NCBI GenBank assembly: GCA_000934665.2
Contig: KZ538111.1
Location: forward strand, 1-64,000
Source of the DNA: Catajapyx aquilonaris
Taxonomy: Eukaryota
Direction of reading: 5' to 3'
DNA: 64,000 nt
Position numbers and translations under genes: made by a program. Under the pieces are notes generated by a model, which did not search any database, had not been told where the DNA came from, and saw only the letters and a list, made by a program, of their open reading frames with translations. The stretch's first letter is position 1, and the number at the start of each line of letters is the position of its first letter. Positions 53,344-64,000 of the stretch are shown here, piece by piece.

Positions 53344-53619
53344 CAGGGTGTACCAACTGTTCCAGGTTTTTTTGTAGGGGGGAAAGTAAAGTGTTGGAGA
53401 CGGCCGAAAGAGGGGTTTTTATACAGCCTCCAGGGGTTTTTTGAGTAGGAGGTAGGGAAGACACATTGATCGGGATGGGGCCAGTACGGCACAGAAGTTT
53501 TTGGCGGACACCCAAGGCCGAAACTCGCTTTCCTGAAATATTCTCTGGAATCCTACTGAGGGAGGTTTTTCCTACAGGGGGTGCAGACTATTTTTTTTTA
53601 AGGATGCTGCGACACCCTG
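53344..53619. mobile_element. Possible CAGGGTGT-ended MITE remnant
   Basis: TA|CAGGGTGT ... ACACCCTG|TG; only short termini match. Confidence 0.35.
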
Positions 53620-54643
53620 TGCAGTATTGATCCTATGGGGGTGAAAAAAAGCTGGGGAGGAGCAATGGACGGAAATTGTGGAAAAATATTTAATAAACAC
53701 TTCAAAAGGGGGGGTTGCTGGGATGGAATGGTTTAAGAGGATGTGCGGTGGCTTCTTGAAATTCGGAGTAATTTATCCATCAGCAAGGTAGATGGAATGC
53801 TCTCGGAGAGTGGTTGGTGGAAGGAAGCCGCGAGGGCTATGATGGGAAGTGGGGACAGGCCTCTAGGGGGTTTTGTAGCCTGGGAATTATGCAAACACCA
53901 GTCGAAGAAGCCTGTGGCTGGAAAAGAGGAAATTCAATTTTTTAAAAAGGCATCCACCTCAAGACGGTCTTATCAATATGGTACTAGAGTTATGACCAAC
54001 AATGCATCAAATTGCGGCAGTATGTCAATGCTAACAATGTGATTATCGATGTAATTGCGAAAATGGAAGGGGTCTCCAGCTGCGAATAGTAATTCTGATA
54101 GGTGGAGAGAGACATTCAAACGATCAAAGATTTATTGGCTCCAAGGGGGGGAAATGATGAATAGAAAAGACAAGGGGGCACGAGCGGAGCAGGAAAGTCA
54201 GGTTTTTTTTAAAGTCGTCTTTGAAATGTCCGACCGAAGTTTCTGTATGACCCCCCTATACTGGCCATCTGCATATATCTGAATTGGGTGATTGGGTAGC
54301 CAGTGGGATGGAGGGGTAAGCTGCTTTTGTTTGCTGCCACCTTTTGGCAGCTGTTCTTTCCAGCCTGTGTTGCACTGCTGGCATGAATATTGGGTATGGT
54401 TTATTTTGACAAAAATTTTCAACCGTAAACTTCCTGCGGCATCAACATGTAAATATTCTGGGCATTTTGAGAACCATTAAATTGTAGTGGAGCCATATGG
54501 TTTATTGTCAAATGTCGCTGGGGGCACCAGGTGCGCACCCAATCTGTCGGCAGGTGGCTCGTGTGATGTACAACCTAGTGCATAATTTGTGACTAATTTT
54601 TACCAATGCTCAGTATGTGTTTGTTACCCATTTTTTTGTGTGA

Positions 54644-55021
<378 letters not shown>

Positions 55022-58000
55022 TAGAGCGGTGGGCAAAAGGGGTTGTCAATTATTGTTGATCTTTTATAGGACAGCCTGCTCTAAAATGTCGAAAGGCGAT
55101 GCAATAATAAGGCCTTAATTTGTGATTAAATAATGATTGGCTGTGCTTTTGCCATGGTGGTAATCAACCGGGTGTAGCACAGAGGGAATTGTGTCCATTT
55201 GCGTATTAATTCTTTTTCATGACCCATATTTGTCATTTGCTGGAGTTATACCTGTGGGGCACACCGCAAAGCCACTCATGTCTGCAGTTTTGTGCAGTCA
55301 GTTGCAGCAGTTCGGTGTAATTTAGTCAGTTGGTGTTTTTCTTACTGTACAGGACAACTGCTTAATGCAAGTGGTTAAATATAATTGGCCATTAAATTCA
55401 GTATTGATTGAGCCTGCAAGACACTGCGAACAAAGGCAGCTGGAATATCTCCTGAAGGGAAAAAGCGAATATGCTTGAGAAAAAGCGTGTTTGTCAAGGC
55501 ATGGTTATACTTTATACACAAAGTTCACTTTGAGAGATTGAAAATTAAGTCAAATATGCTTTGTATCATCTCGTAACTTTTGATTTTAAAATTCAGTATG
55601 GCATACCATACCCAACATCCTCATTCTCATAACGTTGACTCGAAATAATCCTATACTGTGTAACAAAAACCAAGCTATTTTGAACGCGTAACTGGGCATA
55701 TACCAAATGCCCACCGGCCACCATCAGGTAAAGAGCAAAACATATCAACAGCACAGACCATCGAATCCACACTAGTTCAGGAGGAACTACACTAGTAGAG
55801 AACATGACGCACACTGCATACCGAATCGTTTCAATGCCAGCTATTAAAAACCACTTTTTATATATACAGCCTAAGTGTAACCAGACGTGGTATACAACCT
55901 AGTAAACCTCAGCGCCTGCTGCTTGTGACATGCAGTGTTACCATAGGAAGCCAAACCTAGGCCACATTGCTTAATTACGAAGGGATGAAACGCTGCACTT
56001 AGGTTGCCACCTGCAACTGATTAATTATTTCTTTGGCGTGGTTGCGGGTGTATGACCCCCATTTCTTTGTGCACTGGAAGGGCGACTAGGCCACAAAACC
56101 CAGTCGATAATGTCGCGAATTGTGGTGCGTGTTGCGATTCTCATTCACGTTGCCTGGAAATCATCTAGATATGCGTAATGTACAATTTTAAAACGGTGCC
56201 TAATTTTGTCGCCTGAGCTACAGGCTCTGACAAATTTCAGAACAAGCCATAATTTTGGCCCCTGTTGTGAGTGCGAAAATGCATGGCCGGCTCGTCCATA
56301 AATCTGTCGGACTTAAAATGTGTTTCAAAATATAAGTGCAACACAGCTTACCCGATGAACCCGGCTATAATTTGTGCAGAATATTTTCGCAATCGCTCTA
56401 TTCCAAGAGCCTATAGTTCCAACACGTTTATATGCAAGCCAAATCCTGACTGCTTGACTAATGGGCACGAATGCCTCCTTCCTCGGATCACTCCAGCCGC
56501 ATAAACATCCCCAGTCTTAGTCGTCTCATGTGTGTGTAACATTTCAAGCCACACATCATGCTATGGTTGGAAACATGGTAAAAATCATGATTCACCCTGT
56601 AGTTTTTTTTAGATCGATGGAAAGCAACGGGAGAGGATTTGCAAACAGATCGATATAGCTCATTTCCTCTTTTCTCTTTCAGACTTCCTCCTATCAGGGC
56701 TCTTCTTTTTTTTTAAAGGAAGACGTTATTTACTCAGATCACTTTGCTAAGTTCCTCGTTTTTTTTTTTTTCTAAGAGTGTGTATCAAGAAGCAGCCACG
56801 TGAAAAGTTGTCAAAGAGCCCACTTAATGAATCTGATTAAGTGCTAGAAGGGTATGGTGGTCCTCTCCCGGACATATGATGGCACGTGTCACCATATGGC
56901 AGACATGTCCTCACAACCGCAGTTTCCAACCCCCCCAAAGATAGGAATAGGACCGGATTTTAGCCTCAATCTATCTTCTGGGGTTGAGACCGGAAGAAGT
57001 CGAAGAAGGAAACGGATCGACCTCCACTCTCGGTCTCAACTTCTTCTTTTTCTTAGAAGAGGGCAAGGGGGAGAGGGGGGAGGGGGGAGAAAAGGGAGAA
57101 ATTTTCAAAGGCTTTCCTTTCAACTTTTGGCTGAAAAGCAAACGCGCTGAGGAGTTTGAGCCACTTTTCCTAATTTATCACTGTGAGGTTTCCAACCCTT
57201 TTTCTTTCAAAAGCCATTCTGAGGAATCCCCGCCTACTTTTTTTTTCCTTTTTTCTATTTTATATATAAAAAAAGCCGGATGGTTTTGACGTCATTCACA
57301 GATGGTCTCCAGATGCGGCACAAGTATGTTAAGTATGAGAAGGGGGGAGAAAAAGGATATTTTCAGAGGTTGTTAAAACTGGCGCACTGGTTTAATTACT
57401 CTTTAGAACCCACATTTTGAAGGGAGTTGATTAAACTAATGCTAGGTGCCGATTCTTTTATCATGCACTCTGGTTTGAATTGCCTTTGATGCTGACCAAT
57501 ATTTGGTTGAAAATTTGTAATGAAAGGTGTGAAATCGACTATACGTTACAGGTGTGCAAATGTCATTAGCATGGTCTTTGGAACTCGTGTAATTTGTAAT
57601 TAACGGAATTAAATCACCCTGTAGTTTTTTTAGGGTGTTTCCCATACTGCCTGAACAGCTTCCCCAGTTCCCGAATAGTTTAAACAAACATTTGGCGAGA
57701 ACTGAAAGCCTGTAGGTGCTTAATCTTGGCCACATCTTCCGTCTGGTAAAAGGAGGCAGACTTCGACTCTTGTAACAATCCAGTAATGGCTCTTTTAAAG
57801 CCGGTTTGGAAGGGGGGGGGAAAAAATTGTGTTCAAACTTTTGCCAGGTCGCATTTCTGTGGATGATGGGCACTACACGCACCTTGAAAGATGTGCAGAA
57901 ATTTATTGCGGACAAACACGCGAAGAATGTTAGCCCTGGCACGTCATTTGATGCATTCTTGCCCCTGTTCAAAGGCGATTGAGTTGTTGCACAGTTGTAG

Positions 58001-59082
58001 GTGAAAGGCACGTGGAAGCACAATTTGTTGAGAATGGGGGGGGGGGGGGGGGGGGTTNTTGGTGGTCAAAATCCGGGGAGTATTTCAGGTCGTTATGAGT
58101 TAATTAATGGGGGGGAGGGGTTTCAGTTTTAATAAAATGACGTTGCGAAAGAGCTCTTGTGTTAAATTTTCAATTTTGGCTTACCATAATTAAATGGTGT
58201 CCTGCCGTAAATCCAAGGCATTAAATGATTCGGAGCGGAGATTACAGCAGTCATGTAAAAAGTATGCAAATACGGGTACAAATTTGGGCCAGCTCACATT
58301 TTTGTGGTTTTTTTTGGAGCGTTGACATACACTACGCAGTTTGTGTGGGATACTTTTTTTACGTACCGGTACTCCTTCAGCCAGAGGTGTTGCATACCTC
58401 TGCTTCAGCTATATGCCACTCAACCTGTCAGTGCCTAACCTTGGAGAATAATTGTGCACACAGTAATGCAAGTAATGGAATTTACCAACACAGGACAGCA
58501 GACATTATATTGGTAAATGACAGGAGCAAACAATGTAGTTACCTAAATGTCCACACATAAATAAGACAATAGTGTACCAAACTGTTGATGGTGATTAAAT
58601 ACTAGCTCTTTATACACACAAACTGCTTTAAAAATTCTGAAGCAATTTTTACTCCCATTACGTAGCAGCGGAGCGTTCAGTCCGTTTTCTTTAGAATGAA
58701 GGCTGAAAAGTACAGAAGTCATCTTTCGTTGGGCTCGTAAAAGAGTTGACATCAGCCCCTGATGAAAGAATGAGAGTTATGAAAAATTTGCACGCGTGTT
58801 TTCTGGACTCGGGCTGTGAAGGGGTGAAATTCTTGGCACGACGTATGCTGTCAAGAAGCTGACCCCATTAATATTGACTCATAATCAGTTGGCACTTACT
58901 CCCCATGCTTTTTACCACTTTATAGCATGCGTAGCGCTTAAGATGACAGTCCTACCTGTATGGAGAGAGAAATTGCTATTTAAATGGGTTGAAATAGATT
59001 ACCTGCCATTGAAAGGTTCTAATATTAGCTGATGTTTTGATGATATTTGCATTGCGCCACTGGTGGTCCTGTCTGTTAACTA

Positions 59083-59360
59083 ACAAGGGAGCGAGCAAGG
59101 TCGGTCGCCTCCGATTTGGTTGAAACTCGCTGGAGGAGTCACTTATGTGCGATAGACACTGTGGTGAAAATCCTAGATGACATTGTCCAACCGTTTCCGA
59201 GATATGAGGGACAGAAACATCCGAATTTTATGCTCATATCTCGGAAACGGCTGGACAGTGTCATCTATAGGACTTTCACCACACTGTCTATCACACATGA
59301 GTGACCCATCAAGCGAGTTTCAACCAAATCGGAGGCGACCGACCATGGTCGTTCCCTTGT
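59083..59360. mobile_element. Intronic foldback MITE (~125-bp arms)
   Basis: ACAAGGGAGCGAGCAAGGTCGGTCGCCTCCGATTTGGTTGAAACTCGCT...CCGTTTCCGAGATATGAG is inverted as CTCATATCTCGGAAACGG...AGCGAGTTTCAACCAAATCGGAGGCGACCGACCATGGTCGTTCCCTTGT. Confidence 0.88.
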
Positions 59361-59757
59361 AAGTGTGCGACGACACCGCCATCTACCACCAGACTTTTCT
59401 ACATTGTGACCAAGGCGGCTTCTTAGCACAAGTTGAGCACTTAAAGGTATCGGTCGAATCGAGAGTCCATTTCCTAGGTCCTGGTTTCTTTGGCAGGCGG
59501 AACTGCTTGTATTTTGTGAGGGAAAAAGTCAGGCAAGCAACCAAATGGGCAATGCCAAGAGCAACAGGAATGGATCCCCCCCTTTCCGCTCTTAGGAATT
59601 CCAAATGGTGTCCCATAAAGGTCCGCCCCCACTTTCCCCCTTTTTTGGGGGGAAGTGGGGTATAATTCCACCCTTTCCAATACCTCGCTCTTTTAACCTC
59701 ATCCGGGATTTACTTCTTTGGAAAGGCTGCCACTTAATGTAACTTCATTCCGAATAA

Positions 59758-60081
<324 letters not shown>

Positions 60082-61314
60082 TGACACCGAGAAATTTATG
60101 TTGTTGTTTTTAAAAATGAATATCAGAAGTTACGTTTGATTTTACTTAGCGAAACTAGCGAATCTCTTGGATGAATTGGTAGCCGCGAGTGGCCCGCGGT
60201 GCCAAGCATTAGCTTGAGGATTAATTTTTGAAAATTCGGTGTTGCCATTTTCAGTTCTTTACAACTAGTTATGAGATTATCTAGGGAAAGGGGTTCGAGG
60301 ATGGTATAGGGGGGGTTGAAAAAACTACAAGGCGACCATTAGTTAACAATTGTTCGGCAGGTCATGTGAATCGAAGAGTCACCCCCCTCCATCCCCTACC
60401 TCCCTCCCTACCCCCTTTGTGCCATGCCTATTCCTCAGGGGGTTTTGTGTTGCGCGAGGCGCAGCTGCGTTGCCAGGTCACCATTTTCCTCTGGGGTCCT
60501 CAGCCTCAGGGAAGGGCTCCCCCACCTCCCCCCGGTTTTCTCTCCCTTGTGATGGGGGGGTAGGGGGAGTGTATTTAGGAGAAAGAGCTGGCTCCCTATG
60601 GCGCCGTGGGGGCTCTGCCGACCATGAAATGGAGCCAGATCGATACATGCGCTCTTGCCATGTCTACTCTCCGGATTAATGGTGGAGGGTATGGGGGGGG
60701 GGGGGGNGGGGGGGGGGGGGGGTGAGAAATCCCCAGGCAATGTTGCCAAATTACCGGTCCATGTGTGAATATTGCTTTAAAAATAGATATCTCCAGACAT
60801 ATCTTGGTACTACATACGACGTTTTCTTATTGCTTCTCACTTGTCTCCCCCTGCCTGTGCCGAAGATAAGCTTGAAGAATGGGCAAATGGGGACTTTGGC
60901 CATGGGATTTGGCTTGATTTATCGCCCCCCGGTATTTGCATTCCCCTTTTTCCTAAACTCCCTGCCTTTGCATTTATTTTCTATGCGCTTTTCCCCCTCC
61001 TCCCGCCCCCTTCTGATTTCTCTTCCATTAACTGGTTGAGGCGGGGGGTGGGGGGGGGGGGCGTTTGAAAATAGGGTTAATGCTCAGGAGGAGAGAAATT
61101 TCGCACGTGGATTAAATCGGCGCAACTTAAGGTTGGCAACCTCGTGGGAGCTAGGGGGACAATATTCGTGCTTATTGATTGGAGGGGACGGAGGGCGAAA
61201 TAGAATTTGGGCGGGAGTGTTGCCCCTGGGAGCTATGCGGCCCGCGGGACAAGAGAGGTGCTTGGTTTGCGTGGATGTCAGGATCAGACAGTTCCAAGTG
61301 AATCGGCTACTTTT

Positions 61315-61632
61315 ATTTTATTTATTTTATTTTATTTATTTATTTTACCTCATTACATTGGGAGAATCAGCACTTCATTAGGGGGGGGGGGGGATACCAC
61401 CATTTTACCACTCAAATTATTTCTGAAACTTTCACACGTGCATGGGGCCAGGGATAGAGAAGGAAGCGGCTGTGGCCTATTATACGGACAGAGATCTGGA
61501 TACGGAAGCGATCCCGGAATTATCCTGGGAGGATAGAAAACCACGGTTAGGATCGCCGGCCTCGGGAATCCAACCCAGGACCTCCCGTTTAGCAGTCGGG
61601 ACGCCTTAACCACTACACCAACCTGCTTCGGT
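61315..61632 (-). mobile_element. Full-length tRNA-derived SINE with 18-bp target-site duplication
   Basis: Minus strand has A box TGGTGTAGTGG, B box GGTTGGATTCCC and an (AAAT/AAAAT)n tail. TSD AGTGAATCGGCTACTTTT at 61297-61314 and 61633-61650. Confidence 0.92.
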
Positions 61633-64000
61633 AGTGAATCGGCTACTTTTGAAACACCAAAATTTTAAAAGCCTGTGATAATGGGTTTGTTAGAAGAGTA
61701 AACACTGGGTGGTGAGTAATGGGTGGGGGAAATGCAGAGATTAGAGGGTGTCCAGTTGTGCAAGGAAATATTATTCTTAGTCGTGGCTCATGAAAGACTT
61801 ATCGAGCGGGAATCGACCAAACAAGGAGGGAGATTTGTCAGTGGCGAGGGCCACAAAAGGGCATTCACATGTGATTGAAACGAACTTAATAGGCTGCTTT
61901 CGTGCGGCTGTCGTTTACCTGCTTAACCTTCATTGTTCCAGAGGCGCAGTTTTTTATGGTAGGGATTGTGTATCAACGTCTTGATGTATCGCTTGTTTGC
62001 GTATGACACGGCCCGGTATTAGCTAGGTGCGAATGGATATTTTGGGGGGTTTTATCGCGAATAAAACCCGTTCCTGTTGCTTATCTAGATGTATGTGGGC
62101 ACGATGTACCTACATGAAGTGCGTATGTGAAGCACGTCATTTTTAATAGGTAACTGTGGGAGGTACCATTAATGACAGTAATGAATGCGTACAGATAGTA
62201 ATTGGTGTGATGGAAATAGTACTATTGGAGTAAAATGCGCTACTCGACCTAGCATGCTAGGGCCTGAAGGCAAAAGGCACAAATTGGCCCAATGCTGTGT
62301 GCAATTGATTTTTGCACAGTAATTCGCAATTGTATGGGTGTCGATTCTTTAAAGTTATTCACAAATATGAACTTAGCAAAACCCGTGTCGACACATCTAG
62401 CACTGTCGCATTAAAATGTTAGAAACCTAAATCCGTATTTATAATTTTGCCAGTATTTGCGTGTGGCTTAACACAATTTTAGCAAAACCAGGGCATGTAT
62501 TAAAAGACCAGCCCTAGGGCTTGCTTTCTCCATTTTTAAAGCCCAGCGCTTGCAAAATAAATACATGGCACACTGCACTTTTCCCCGACCTTTACTCTCA
62601 GCACGCAAACATGAAACCTGGTCATAAGGACAGTTGGCAACCGGGTAATTGTGATTGGTGGCATACACGAGTAGGTGGAGCCTAATAGTGTGACGGAGCT
62701 GGTATATCAAAAGGTGGTTCTCGTGCCAAGAAGTCATGAAGACGAGGTCACCCCCTTCTAGATCCAACCTGGCACCAATCGCCCTTATTGAACCCTGACG
62801 TATATTTCTGCTCCGGAAAAAAAAACTGAAGTGCACTTTGCCATGTAATTACATGGTAACAATACCCCTCGTTTTAAGGAGTCATTTTAAGAGACGTCTA
62901 AGAGAGTGCAGACGGGACTGGGAGCCAGACATGTATAGTAAATTTTTTACAGGGTTTGTCAGAGCTCCGGAAGAAAAAAAAAAGTCAATGGAAACCAGAT
63001 TAGTCTGGAGTGAGCTGGTTTCAATGGGATTTTCCGTTTTCGGGCTCCTTTTCCGTAATGAAATCGTGCACTTGTGCCGTTTTAATGAAGTATTTTGAAG
63101 TTTCTTCCCGGTGCTCCAGGGAACTGCGTCTTAAAGCGGATTAATTAGACGATCAAGTTGTTGATCTTACTGGAACCCAAGTGGGAGGTGGGGACATACT
63201 TTATGAAAAAAAATAGCGTAACTTGCCAGTGGCCAATTACTAGCCGGATGCACATAAAAAGATAAATATATTTTCAATGGAAAGGTTCCATTTGAGTGGC
63301 GGTTTCATGGAATTAAATTTAGCTCGTACTCTTGGCATGAGCCGAAATGAGCCCGTCAAGGTGGGGGTTTCATATATATATTTTTTTTTACTCACCATTA
63401 TTTTGTGGGTGATGGGTTAACATCTGCATGCAGCAGGAGGGGGATTAAAATTCTGTCACGACCTTCCAGTGTCACATAATTTATGCTCACATGGCTGAAA
63501 TCATATGTTTGAGCAAGATTTTTTTTTTTTGCAATTTTTTTGGTAAAATTTCTTTTTTTTTTGGTGGGGGGCGGTGTGACTGGCGTGACATTAGGATTAG
63601 TCTGGCAAAGTGCAGGACCTGGCGAAGTTCCATTTCGGCGGGGGCCGTCACTCTTCACTAACAGCTCGCTAATCGTTACAGAAACTCCGGAGTGGGTTGT
63701 GGAGAGGTGCGGGGCTTGGGTGTTGAAACTTGACGCAGGGCACCTGTTCTGTGTTTTTGGCTCTGTTTCTCTCAACTCCACGGGGAGTCCACCTAGCTTG
63801 GGGGTGAGGTTTCACAGGGGATGCCATAGCATCGCTTGATAAATCTAGCCTATTTGGTTTGGGATGGCGGCAGATGGGCAGTGTCGTGTTTCCCCTCTGA
63901 TGGGGCATGTGTTGTTTGTTCTAAGTTTTGGACAGTTTGGGGACACTGGTCGGTTGTAATTAAATAAGTCTGGTTCTTTCGGACTGTCCGGTTTCATTAC

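Noticed and set aside
57442..58023. 193-aa minus-strand ORF in the elav intron
   Set aside because: Non-ATG start, no recognisable homology, and composition typical of non-coding DNA.

Overview
Eukaryotic, almost certainly arthropod, genomic DNA that is mostly non-coding. The only clearly recognisable gene is an ELAV/Hu-family neuronal RNA-binding protein on the + strand. Two coding exons (54719-54959 and 59813-59916) splice in frame to give the N-terminus and RRM1; the rest of the gene lies beyond the window. The ~54 kb upstream looks like regulatory or 5' intronic DNA. It holds several candidate alternative upstream exons and promoters (1881-1942, ~22000-22266, ~41273-41645, ~52604-52881), two of which are phase-compatible with the first ELAV coding exon. 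Non-autonomous mobile elements are dense: nine copies of a CAGTG-ended foldback MITE carrying TGACGTCA (CRE) palindromes, several CAGGGTG-ended MITEs, other foldbacks (one nested inside a MITE), a DINE-1/HINE-like element and two tRNA-derived SINEs (one with an 18-bp TSD). There are also isolated near-perfect hairpins, microsatellites and poly-G-associated Ns. Nearly all ORFs in the supplied track look spurious. No transposase, CRISPR array, rRNA or intact tRNA was found. All counts and alignments were made by eye.
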